Positions 24,839 to 36,530 of a stretch of DNA of 64,000 bases are shown piece by piece. The first letter of the stretch is position 1. Every line of letters starts with the position of its first letter. Origin of the DNA: Orbicella franksi (Eukaryota); the NCBI GenBank assembly GCA_964199315.1, contig OZ116708.1, positions 2,914,001 through 2,978,000 on the forward strand, read 5' to 3'. The translations under genes were made by a program, and so were the position numbers. Under the pieces are notes generated by a model, which saw only the letters and a list, made by a program, of their open reading frames with translations, ran no database searches and was not told the origin of the DNA.

Positions 24839-27800
24839 TTAATTTGTCAAAAGGTCAAAGTGTAGGTCAGGAAAGGATTCATACAGCTTATCCTTGAATT
24901 TCTCTGCAACCTTTTTGGTGCCCTTCTCATTGACATCCAAATGACATTTTTGAACTTTACCACTTGGTTTGCCACTGCCTTCAAGAGTATACACATCAGG
25001 GGGGTCATCCGATTGAACTCCATTGAAGAATCCATTTTTTAAGCAAAACCACGTGCCTTTAAGCTGGTCTAGGAAAGAGTTTGGAACAGAATGTCTTTGG
25101 GTGGTGTGCTCATCAAAACCTTGTTTGGAGGAATATGCTTTCCTGACAGCTTTAAACAGATCAATACTAGACATTATCCTTTCACACATCTTCACTGAGG
25201 TATGTCCTAGAACGGAAAATTACAGACATATTACATAAGTGAGGGTTTTTTTTTCATATTTATAATAATTTCTATACTATGACAATGTTCTGACAACTAC
25301 TTAAAGACTAGACATTTTAAGTGATAGAATTTTTTTTTTTTGATATTTCATGTTCAATAGGTGTCCACAACATTAAAAGAGAGAGTGCCTTGCTTGGCCA
25401 TCTTTACACAAAAATAAAGTTTGATCAAATGAATTCATTTTTGTAAGGTATTTGATTGGTGATGATAACGATAGTTATTTATAACATAGCTAGCAGAGGC
25501 TTGCAATCAAATACCTCCATTGTGCTCACTAAAGCATGAACCAGTTGTTAACTGGCAAATATATATGATTATTTAATTCATTCACAACTTATCTTTAGAC
25601 CTGTGAGCTATATGAAATTTACAAAAGTTGACATGACAAAAATTGTTACAAAGCTGAAATTTTCCCCCAAGAACACATGCTCTTAAGTTCGCATGACATG
25701 TATCAATAAAACTGTTTCCTGCTATACATTGTAGTCTGGGCAACACTACAAAATCCATGATGTCAGAGGGTAACAGTACACCTTTGCCTGCAAATGTTGA
25801 GGGCCATCCTTATGTATTAATTATGAATTATAACAAATCACTTACTCCCTTAGGAAATCAATTAGTTAACTTTGTTTTCCTTGAACAAAATTAACTGTTT
25901 TCCCTCAGGACCAGTCATTTAGTATCAAGTGTATTCAACTGAGTGTCAAATTTGAATTAATTTCATCACTCAGACAATTTTCCCATATGATTAGGGCACT
26001 ATTGTGCTGGTTGGTCAGGACCACCTGTATAATCATTACAACTGAACTGCTCTTACCTGACACATAGATCTTGAGTGGCTGAACTATTTCAGCTTCCACA
26101 AATGCATCCAATTCCATGGCTCCCCCTTTCTTTCCAGAAAGGTTAACTGCACAATTCTTTTGAAGCAATTTGCGGAATGCCAAAGGCCATTTTCCAAGAA
26201 AATTGACAACATGAGCAAATGTTTCTGTGAAATAGTTCTTGAAATTCAAATGAGCATAAGTGGGCAACTGCAGAATATAGCAAACCTCTCTTGCTTGGCC
26301 TAAAACATGTGATGTGGAGATGTCAAACAGTTCAAGGAGAGGCCCATAGTACAGGAACATTCTTGAATAGTACCTGAAAGCAACATTCCTTTCACTTGAT
26401 TGCTCTATCCATTTAATGAATGCATCATATAGCACATCATTGTGGTTCCCTGACTTTCTGAGGCTAGCTGACCTATCTCTCGGACCTGGATAACAGTCAC
26501 TTTTAGCAAATTCAATTGCAGCAGCTATTCCATATGACCTAGCACAGTCTTGTACTGCTTCTTTTATTCGATCTTGATTTCCTGTCTCAAACTTTTTCTT
26601 CTTGAAAACATCAGAAATGAGCTTTGGTCTCTTCATTACCTTGTTGGCAATGTAGTGGAATCCACCAGGTCCTTGTTCTTTAAAACAGGCTTCACAAAGG
26701 TATCCTTTTGTATGCAGATCACCTGGTATTATCCCTGCCCACTCGTAAGCTGAAGCTCTCCCCATCACTCCCCTGATAGTTTTGCAGGTGCCTTGATCTC
26801 CTACTAAGCCTGTAACAAATCCTTCCGAGTTACGATCCACCTGTGATACTGGTTCATCAGATCCATCCCTGATCAAAATATCTGTTCTCTTAAAGGAGTC
26901 ATCATAACCTGATATGTCATCATCCTCATTATCTGACGTTTGTGGGTTCAGTACTTCATATATTTCAGCTAGTTGCATTTGTTCTGCAATTTTAAGTGGG
27001 CATGGAATATTTGTGAACAAAGGCCCTCTCACACAAGCTCTGTGATTAACCAGAAGTTCACAGACCTGTTTGTTTTTCTTTATCACTGCTATTACAAGAG
27101 GTGTTGCACCACACATTTCTTTTGCATTTGGGTTGCAGCCAGCTTGCATAAGACAACAAGCAAGGTCATAGTTTCCTTGTTCCACAGCCATATGTAACAA
27201 GGTACGGCCAAGATGGTCTCTAACATCCTGCAGGTTAATGTTGCTCAAGTCTTGAATAACACGTTCCACTGAATCACTTTGTTTAGATTCCCACACCTTA
27301 TCTGCAATGTTATTATACAGCGCAGTGAAAACTTGATCACACTTTGCAAAGCGACTCTTAGCTTGCTGAATAGTTGTTCTATTTTCATCATCAGAATCAC
27401 CTGCAAGCTCATCATCACCATCATCATTTGTGGTTAACTCTTGAGAACTGTCAAACTCTTTTTCTGTTGCCTCCAAGGTTTTTAATAAGTCAGCCATTTC
27501 ATCTCTGTGTTCATACAACATGATTAAAAACTCAACATGTTCCCTGGCTTTTTTAAGGCTGAAATTCCTGTTCCTTTTGTCAAATGGCAATGTTTCCAGT
27601 TTGTCCACTTTATTGCAAAGGCCAAATTCCTCAGCAAACTGATCTAGAATCACACTTGTTCCTGTAAGGGTTGCATTATTTTCTAATGACAGAGGTAATA
27701 TGTGAACATCAGTCTTCACTGTGGACATACTTGTGTCAAAAATGTTTTCAATGCTGGGAATGCTCAGTTTCACATTCTGTTGGGTACAACCATCAGCATT

Positions 27801-29619
27801 TGACAACCACTGGTTACATTGTTTTTCATTCATTTCACAAATGGGTTTTTCATGTGGTGGAATCTTGTTCAATCCATCATAAAGCAACTGGAGAATGTAA
27901 CTTTTACTGAACTTCTGCCAAATTAAAAAATGTTCATTACAGTTTTCCAATTGTATATTGTTAGCATTCCACCCTACCACATTGTCCTGGCTCTGCAGTG
28001 AAGTGTCAGGTGTACTCAACAAATCTTCAATGCCAGTGATGTCTGGGTTTAGTAATCCTCTAACAGTGAAATTCCACATGTTCACCTTTGGCACCTTAAA
28101 CAACCTATGGTGTCTTTGATATCCCCTGTGAATGTTCACATTGTCCAATAGCAAAAACAAGGGTTTCTCTGCTGGTATATTAGAGTGCAGTTTGTCAAAC
28201 TTTTTCCTGTTGTACCTGTCCAGGAATGACATAAGAGTGTCCCAGTGAAGAGTTAATCCAACTTTATTCAGCATATTGACCATTCGTGTACCAGCTCCAT
28301 AAGCAACCAGAAGAATTGTAAAAACTAATGTTACATCATTTTGGCACTGATTGTTTCTCAGGCTCATTAATAGGCTTAGAGAGTGAACTGCTCCTTTCTC
28401 CTTTCTCCTGTCGTCACTTGGAAAGAGAGTCTTAACAATGTCAAAGAGAAAGGGAAACTTCTCTGCAACATTGTTTACAAGATCTGTAAAAATCTCCTCA
28501 TTGATAAAGACTTCCTCACCACTTCTCAATCCAAAACTTAATGTTTTTGATAACAAGTCTACCTCCTCTGTAAGTTTTGTTTTCTCTGACTGAGAAAGTG
28601 TGGATGACTGATCAGTTCTCAATAAAAATTGAATTTCACGCTCATAGATCTTGTCAAGTAATTCTGATTTAGCAGTTAACAATTCAGTTTCCGTTTTGTA
28701 AGCCAACAAAAGTGCTTGCAAGGCATTAGTCTCTCCAGCAGTTACCTTGGCAATAATATCCTCCAGAAGATCATTTCCTCTTTTTCTTGACTCAGCAATA
28801 AGGGCTTGTACATTAGCTATTTCACTATCCACAGTAACTGTTCCTGATTTATCATCTTCACAGTTAAAAGAAACTGCTTTTCTGATGTTAGTATAAACCC
28901 CTTTTCTTTTATTTAATTTGGAAGAGGGGAATGTTTTTGTTACAGCACGTGTGGCCAGCCCTTTCTCTTCTTTGTTTAACTGTAAAGCACTGAGAATGGA
29001 TTCTTGTGTGGCTTGTTTCCCTGGACTTTCCACAAACCTTTCTTGGAGAACAGAAGAAAACGTTTCTTTCCTGTCCTTGTAAAATCGTCCACTTAAATTC
29101 TGTCGAGACCGTTTACTGGCGGGCTCAACCTTCGATGGTGTTAACTGTCTTTTCTGTGGGTCATCTAAAAAACCAAAGGAGGTTGTGAGGTTTTCGTTTA
29201 AAGGATTTACACATGGCAAAATGGCCACCAAAAGCACATAAAGCACTTAAAATAGAGCATTTCAATAACACAGCATATATATACAAAAGGAGATACGGCC
29301 GGATGTAGAAAAAAATTAAATAAGATTGAAACGGATTGCGATACCGATTTTTTGAAAAATTAGTGGACGGAACAGTTTTCAAAGTTTAAATCGTTTGTTT
29401 GTAACTTTTTATATGCTTAATTGTTACTTCCGAGAGACAGATTTGTTTGTAACGAAGCTATGGCTTTGTAAAGTTAGTGAACTAAAGGCCGAAATTTAAT
29501 AAACGAAATGCAGCTAGTAGGGATAAAAGACAAAAAGAAGACATAGAAGAGGAATATTTACCTTCAAGAGACATCTCTTGGAAGGAAATGTCAAGCGCCT
29601 CCTCTCTTGCTTCCGCCAT
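24839..29619 (-). CDS. Transposase-like protein (Academ/DUF6589-like DDE core) with ankyrin repeats, 1177 aa. Exons 29619-29562, 29164-26057, 25206-24839
   Basis: Phase-1 GT..AG junctions join MAEAREEALDISFQEMSLE to the 3.1-kb open exon and to the 24839..25195 ORF without stops. Candidate catalytic motifs LLLDNVNI, LVGDQGT, PGDLHTKG, LDAFVEAEIV; ankyrin repeats GRTLLHMAVEQGNYDLACCLMQAGCNPNAKE / GATPLVIAVIKKNKQVCELLVNHRA. Confidence 0.82.
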
Positions 29620-31166
29620 TTTGACATTTGACCTCCAAAAAACAACGTACTTGTCACTACTCCCCATAGTTTCAGCCAGGTTCCAGGGGGGGCTTCGGAG
29701 AACAATATTTTTGCTGTTTTTTGCGAAAATATGTAACGTTGTCTGGAAAATAACGATTGCTAATTGTAGTAGCATACCTAGCGCTGATTTTTGCCAAGTT
29801 TCAAGCTCGCAAAGTCCGCGAGGGCTGAGAAATTGATCAATGTACCAGAAAACGACAAGGATGTACCAGAAAACGACAAGCTTCTGGCAGAGGTTCCCCG
29901 CTCAGTGGATCCCGTTCTTTTGCGCCTGCACCCACCTTGCCCAGCGGATTTTTACAACGAAAGCCCCATTGGGAACCTCTGCGGAGGAGAGAGTAGTCTG
30001 TTGATGTTACCTCGATTCACCACGAGGAACAAGATATCTTGTTCAAGGTTTCATGTTTTTCATTTGCAACAATCTGTTCCGGTTTCTGGCATTTTAAACC
30101 CCTGTCTGTGAATATTTTATCGCTCTCTCTGTGAAGAAAAGTGGCGCGACTTCAATGCCTTTCTATTAACATAGATGTGTTATTCAGACAGTGCTGTTTC
30201 AGTTTTTGCCTGCTGAGTGCTGATTATTTTCAGTCAAATTTCACAGACACTGGCCTTATCGGCAAGTTAGTCATCTTAGCATCAAACCCCAGTCTCCCTG
30301 CTTATCTTGACGAATTGCAGCCTGGCGGCGCCTGGCCACAAGCCATTGGACATTTTTCTCACACCACTGCCCGTTTCTATGGAGAAATAAAAAAAACAAT
30401 GACAAAATTTGTACATCTTACGATCGTTCTTCAATCAGGTGCTTTAAGGACGGCCCAGTATAAAAATCAAAAACCGAAAGTTTACTTATTTTCACGGATG
30501 AGGTTTACGGATCATCTCACTTTGATCTCAAATAATGATCATTGAATTGATTCATAACGTCCTCAGAGGAAACAAAATTCAATCACAAAAATCATATAAT
30601 TATTTATTCTAGTTAATTAATTCTAACTTTAACAGGAGTACCGAATTGGGTCTAATTTCGTATTTTTTCTTTGTTTTTTCTACCAAACATGCAAACGACG
30701 TGTTTTCCGGCATTGAAACCACAAAGTTTTTAAAATGTTGGTCTACTTTATAAGCTTAGAAATTGAAAATAATGCTTCACATTTAATTACACGCAAATAT
30801 GTTTTCAAGAGAAAATGATGATTGATGTTTCCTAATACAGCAATCGCTCGCCAAACTAGGACAGGAAATGAGTCGCCAATTGAAGTGCCTTCAAGTCTAG
30901 AGTATATATTTGCGACAAATGAGCTAGGTTGATTATTACAAACAGGCTTCGAAGAAGTAAGATGCAATAATTCAGAACCAATGGCAGTTAACTGAATCAA
31001 AACACTGGAAATGCAGCATCCCAATATTTTATTTTTTAATAGAATTAACTGCGGCCGTGTATCGGTCTACGATCAGTTATACGATCCAGCCGAATTTGAA
31101 AATGATGATGCACATTTAAATGCAAGGAAATCTATTAATCTATTAATCTCCTGCCGTGATCGATTA

Positions 31167-31564
31167 AGACCCCGTCCGACACTACGCAGGAGGAATTTGA
31201 AAACGGAGCTTCATTTCTTTGTTTCTTTGTTTCTCGGGTTAGGCCTTCCGTCCGCACTAATCCGTCACGAAAATGGAACTTTACAACTGAAACGCTCTTC
31301 TAACCGGAGGAATTTGAAAACGCCAGCTTTGCGTTTTCGTGTGGACAGAAAACATTTTGTAAACGGAGGTTTTCGAAAACACGATGGCGTCACGATAATC
31401 ATGTGATTTCTTTGACAGAGTTTTCCTCAAACACAAATCCAAAATGGCCGGCTAATGTTGCTTTTTCAAATTTCTCCGGCGTAATGTGGACGGAGAACAT
31501 TTGTTGCGTTTTCAGAGTGAAACCTCTGTTTTAATATTTCTCCGGCGTAGTGTGAACGAGGCCT
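31167..31564. mobile_element. PIF/Harbinger-like MITE
   Basis: Imperfect TIRs (CCGTCCGACACTACGCAGGAG / CTCCGGCGTAGTGTGAACGAGG), TTA/TAA context; same family as 3304-3902, 39280-39658 and a partial copy near 32670-32840. Confidence 0.65.
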
Positions 31565-32988
31565 AAGGTTATTAGGATTAAATATCATATCTCAGTCTGA
31601 CATGTCATGGAGTGATTTCAAATGAGAAATGACTGATTTTAAACTTATTTCTCATTTCTCATTTCGTAATTTGTTCAAAAACAATTACGAAACCCATTTT
31701 CTTGGTAAACATTTACTTCTCGCAGATCGACGCACTGTGGGTAGTTAAAAATCGCTGATTTCAGTACAACACGGGTCCCATTGGACAGTTTACAGTAAAG
31801 GATCTCTACGTTTAGTCAGGTATTGCCAAACTTTGCTGGCGTTAGCAGTTTTAGAAGCACTTTTAGTGCAACGGAGGCGCAGTTTTCGCGACAATTTGTT
31901 TATACACCTCCACGAAATGTGAGCGCGGCACAGCAGCCTTGATTCTAGAACAAAATGTTATCTTTTTCTGCTTCGTAAAGTTAAACAAGTTAGGTTCTTT
32001 TCATTTATCTTAATCTTTCAACTTAAAGGACCGACGTCACGGTTTGTGCATTTTGAAAAGTCTAGCCGAAAATTTTCAAGTTCGTATTTTGTAAACCGTG
32101 TTAATCTTCCCCATCCTTAACCATCCTTGTTTCTTTATGTTTTGTTATTATATCTTTGGTGTTTTTCTATCTTAGTTACCTGCTATTTTCGGGTTTTCTT
32201 CAATTTAAAGATGATTTTGTGAGCGGCCAAAATAACTCAAAATGTTGTGATTAAGCTCCTTTAAGAAAGCTAGGTGTACAACATTTCGCGTGTGAACTTC
32301 CAGCAATAATGCTCAAATCCGTGATTGACCACATCAGGGACTTTGTTGTCCAACGCTGTTTACGGACAAAATCTGCTTGGCGACAACTTAACGCACGAAC
32401 AAGTTATAAATATATTATAATCAGATATTCGTATTCTGAAAGGTGCTAAGCACAATTCATGATCAAATTCAAAGCGGAGAACAAAAGATGTTGAAAGATT
32501 CTTGTCCTCAAAACTTTTCCTTCGGTAACAGATACAAAGCAAAATTTAGTTCTTTACTAACTGAAGGCATATGGAACTGCGGGTCACGTACGTTTGGAGT
32601 ATATGCTTGTGAGAACAATTTCCGTTGCCATGGCTATTAGCCCTGATGTATGGATAGGAAGTACGTTCAGCAAGTAAAATCATTTGATTTTCCTGTCCGA
32701 GTTTTCGTCAAACACAAATCCAAAATGGTTGGTGATTGTCGCGCGTTCAAATTTCTCGGGCGTAGTGTGGACGAAAAACATCTTATGCGTTTTTAGAGTG
32801 AAACCTCCGTTTTCAAATTCTTCCGACGAAGTGTAGCCGGGGCTGATATTGACAATAAGCTTTTTTGTCAACAATTGTGAGGAGATGGTGACATTCAAAA
32901 TGGCGCTGTGATTTAATGACGTCATTTGACATCATATATAAAGGAAATAAACAACTTATTTTTTAAAGTAAGCCCCAGGCTGGCTATG

Positions 32989-33299
32989 TGGGAGGCGCGG
33001 TGGCCTCATGGTTAGTGCGCTCGTCTCCGGATCGAGCGGTCCGGGTTCGAGCCCTGGCCGGGGACATTGTGTTGTGTTCTTGGGCAAGACACTTTACTCT
33101 CACAGTGCCTCTCTCCACCCAGGTGTATAAATGGGTACCGGCGAACTTAATGCTGGAATGCGAACTTAATGCTGCGATGGACTAGCATCCCATCCAGGGG
33201 GGGAGTAGAAATACTCCTAGGCGCTTCATGCTACGGAAACCGGGATAAGCTCCGGCCTGATGGGCCACTTGGCTCGCATGCAGACTTTACCTTTTTTTA
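32989..33299 (+). mobile_element. tRNA-derived SINE, full length, with 14-bp TSD
   Basis: A box TGGCCTCATGG and B box GGTTCGAGCC; TSD CCAGGCTGGCTATG at 32975-32988 and 33300-33313; related copies near 180-370, 43200-43400 (-), 45535-45830 (-) and 48950-49255. Confidence 0.85.
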
Positions 33300-33649
33300 C
33301 CAGGCTGGCTATGAGCTAAAAGCATAATGATTATTTTCTTCTTCTTATGGGATCTCATCTCTTCGATCCTTATGGGCCTACTGGCGCAATGAGAAGAGAT
33401 GATGGGAGATGACAATGATTTCAAAGTATTTTACAATCACATGGAGCTATGACGAGCTTGTGACGTCTGATTGCGCCCCTTGCCTAAAAACTACCACAAT
33501 ACTCTACAATGTGCAGGTTTCACGTCGCATGCATGTAAAAATTATTTCAGTCCCATTGTTTTATTGGCACAATGGAATTTAGAGAACATATAGCCAGGTT
33601 GGGCTTGAGGGGATATAATTCATGGTAGGATACATGTGTAGTTTGCTTT

Positions 33650-33772
33650 TATTTACTGCCGTTTGCTTGCGATTAGCATTTATATACTGTGTTTGCTTGC
33701 GATTAGCATTTATACACTGTGTTTGCTTGCGGTTAGCATTTATTTACTGCTGTCTGCTTGCGATCAGCATTT
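33650..33772. repeat. 30-bp tandem repeat, about 4 copies
   Basis: GTTTGCTTGCGATTAGCATTTATATACTGT repeated head to tail with few substitutions. Confidence 0.9.
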
Positions 33773-34049
33773 AAGGGATGAAGGGGAAAAGAAATAAATG
33801 TAACCTACCATGAATTATATGCCGGCTTGAGTGCCGCAAAAACACTAATTTATGTAGCCAGTGGAAACTAGGTTACAGATTAGTTACAATCAGAGGAAAA
33901 ACAATTTGTACCAATACCTTTAATCCTAAGCCCACTATCTTAAATTACGCAAATTTTGGTTTTGAGAACTTGTCGCATGGCATGTGCAGCTCCGACCTAG
34001 AACAAAAGATATGATAAAGGAAGCGGGAATGAACAAAAGACACGAGCGA

Positions 34050-34302
34050 GAGCAGGGATGGCGCAGTGGTGAGAGCGCTCACCTCCCGCCAATGTGGCCT
34101 GGGTTCGATTCCGGCCCAGTGCCATATGTGGGTTGAGTCTGTTGTTGGTTCTCGCCTTGTTTCCCGAGGATTTTTCTCTGGATTCTGCGGTTTTCCTCTC
34201 TCCACAAAAACCAACATCTCCAAATTCCAATTCGACCAGGATAGAGGACCTGTATGAAAACCAGATAAGGCTGACGTGGCTTCCTCTCTAAATATTGTAA
34301 TT
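34050..34302 (+). mobile_element. tRNA-derived SINE, second family
   Basis: GGGATGGCGCAGTGG (A box) and GGTTCGATTCC (B box) with an AT-rich tail; inverted homologous copy at about 49830-50077. Confidence 0.8.
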
Positions 34303-34641
34303 TGAATACATACATCCTGAATACGAGTCTAAACCTGCAGTTTCGAAAGATATATTATGGCATTTTTAGGAAAGTCGTACACAGTCAACTCTCATCATTT
34401 CCGGCCCTGTGCGATGAGATATAGTAGTGTACATTGTATGATGCACGCTATCTGCCGATCAGGCACAAGCACTGCGCTTGCCATAAAATGTACAATCATA
34501 TTAATATTCCAAACGTAGGAATAGTCTGCTATAAATTTAATAGCAGTTGAACATTTTACCTTTTTGTGATTCTTTTCAGGCTTCCAAGGCAGGAAAATAT
34601 CTCGGGATACTTTTTAGATATACTAAGGAGAAGGCCCCGTG

Positions 34642-36530
34642 ATGTCAAATTCAGTGCTCTTACTGGTCATGCTGGTGGCTATGGCCTTCATGCTCACAAG
34701 AGGAGATCAGGTTTCCTGGGACGTAAGTACTGTTACCTCGTTTTTGTTCTCTTTTCTTCCTCCTCCTCCTCCTCCTCCTGCTCCTCCTCCTTGTTGTTCT
34801 TGTTCCTGTTCCTGTTCCNNNNNNNNNNNNNNNNNNNNNNNNNNNNNNNNNNNNNNNNNNNNNNNNNNNNNNNNNNNNNNNNNNNNNNNNNNNNNNNNNN
34901 NNNNNNNNNNNNNNNNNNNNNNNNNNNNNNNNNNNNNNNNNNNNNNNNNNNNNNNNNNNNNNNNNNNNNNNNNNNNNNNNNNNNNNNNNNNNNNNNNNNN
35001 NNNNNNNNNNNNNNNNNNNNNNNNNNNNNNNNNNNNNNNNNNNNNNNNNNNNNNNNNNNNNNNNNNNNNNNNNNNNNNNNNNNNNNNNNNNNNNNNNNNN
35101 NNNNNNNNNNNNNNNNNNNNNNNNNNNNNNNNNNNNNNNNNNNNNNNNNNNNNNNNNNNNNNNNNNNNNNNNNNNNNNNNNNNNNNNNNNNNNNNNNNNN
35201 NNNNNNNNNNNNNNNNNNNNNNNNNNNNNNNNNNNNNNNNNNNNNNNNNNNNNNNNNNNNNNNNNNNNNNNNNNNNNNNNNNNNNNNNNNNNNNNNNNNN
35301 NNNNNNNNNNNNNNNNNNNNNNNNNNNNNNNNNNNNNNNNNNNNNNNNNNNNNNNNNNNNNNNNNNNNNNNNNNNNNNNNNNNNNNNNNNNNNNNNNNNN
35401 NNNNNNNNNNNNNNNNNNNNNNNNNNNNNNNNNNNNNNNNNNNNNNNNNNNNNNNNNNNNNNNNNNNNNNNNNCATCATCTTCAACTTCTTCTTCTTCTT
35501 GCGCTGCTGCTGTTGCTTTTGCTTCTTCTTCTTCTTCTTCTTCTTCTTCTTGTGCCGCTGTTGCACGGCAACCTAGAAAAAAAAGGTCAAAACGACAATT
35601 TCCGAATTGTCACTTTCAAGTTGTTCATACATTCAGGCTACAAGCGCGGCAAAAGTTTTAATGTTGTAATTAGTGAAATCACAGCTACAGAAACGTTTGC
35701 TATTGCAACCTAAAAAAGGAATTTGTTCCTTAACGAAAAAACTGCATATGGTTGTTCGTTTCAACCGTGCCTGATATCGAATATGACTTGCATTTACATT
35801 TACTTGTAATGACTTTGATCTCTTTGGTTCGTTTCGGCGCCCTCCAAAGTGTTGTTCCTCTAAATTGTAATTAATCCTTTCTTAAACAATTAGTGTAATT
35901 AAAGTGTTGATTCCTGTTTAGGTGGATGATCTTTTTAATGAATATGACGATGATGGGGATGGTCTTGTTGCGCCAGAAGAAATAGAGAACCATCTCTCTG
36001 CTGCGATGGTTACCATTAATAATTATGTGATGACATACGATTCAGATAATGATGGCAAGCTGAACAGCGAAGGTAAGAAACGTGATAAACTGTACTCTCA
36101 GTTCCAGATCTCTTGTGGGCGAAGCTTCGCCCGCAAGAGACCTGGGAACGAGATTGAATAAACTATTTCCGGGAACCGTTACAAGGGCGGCAGATATTCA
36201 GTGGAAATTTGAATGAAATCTCGTAAATGAGACCAGTCTGGGCGTGATTCAAACTTCATTTCACCCCTGGAGAATATTATTCTGAAAAAAATACATAGTA
36301 ACTCCAATGCATATGGGTATAAAGACTTTTTCTGCGGTGTTGATGGGAGTAGCAATAATGAAGAAATTCATACTAAGCTATAGTTACGGCAACTAGATGA
36401 GCCAAACTATAAAGTTTGCGAAAAGCTACTTTACTTTGTTCTTTCAATTTCACGTTAATAATCATGCTATTATTATTCATTTGCAGAATTCGCAAAATTT
36501 GCGGCATTTGCGAATATCCAAGATCAATAA
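34642..36530 (+). CDS. Small secreted two-EF-hand protein, 91 aa. Exons 34642-34722, 35922-36072, 36487-36530
   Basis: Signal peptide MSNSVLLLVMLVAMAFMLTRG; EF loops DDDGDGLVAPEE and DSDNDGKLNSEE, the second completed across a phase-1 intron. Intron 1 contains an N gap that could hide an exon. Confidence 0.75.
34758..35540. repeat. (CTC)n/(CTT)n microsatellites flanking an assembly gap
   Basis: Trinucleotide runs on both sides of the N run. Confidence 0.9.
36094..36156. mobile_element. Tiny palindromic MITE with degenerate 9-bp flanking repeat
   Basis: TACTCTCAGTTCCAGATCTCTTG...CAAGAGACCTGGGAACGAGATTG flanked by GATAAACTG / AATAAACTA; similar short elements near 486-575, 705-760 and 54548-54570. 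Confidence 0.5.

Larger units (their letters stand above)
20374..29993. mobile_element. Full-length (9620 bp) helicase-encoding DNA transposon, AcademH-like
   Basis: Perfect 18-bp TIR CTCTCTCCTCCGCAGAGG (20374-20391) / CCTCTGCGGAGGAGAGAG (29976-29993); perfect 9-bp direct repeat TAGTCTGTT at 20365-20373 and 29994-30002; encloses convergent RecQ-like helicase and transposase-like genes. Confidence 0.88.

Noticed and set aside
25935-29246. The 1103-aa ORF taken at face value as an ankyrin protein
   Set aside because: Its first 27 or so and last 40 or so codons are intronic (acceptor before 29164, donor after 26057), and ankyrins cover only about 90 aa of a transposase-like protein.
20372-29995. 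Alternative element boundaries with TA-type ends
   Set aside because: Extending both ends by 2 bp gives TT versus TA termini and reduces the flanking duplication to 5 bp; the 20374-29993 boundaries give perfect TIRs plus a perfect 9-bp TSD.
33650-33772. CRISPR-like array of 30-bp repeats
   Set aside because: Repeats are contiguous with no unique spacers, in a eukaryotic context with no cas genes.
34566-35661. Long ORFs of 277-340 aa
   Set aside because: They run through the N gap and trinucleotide microsatellites.
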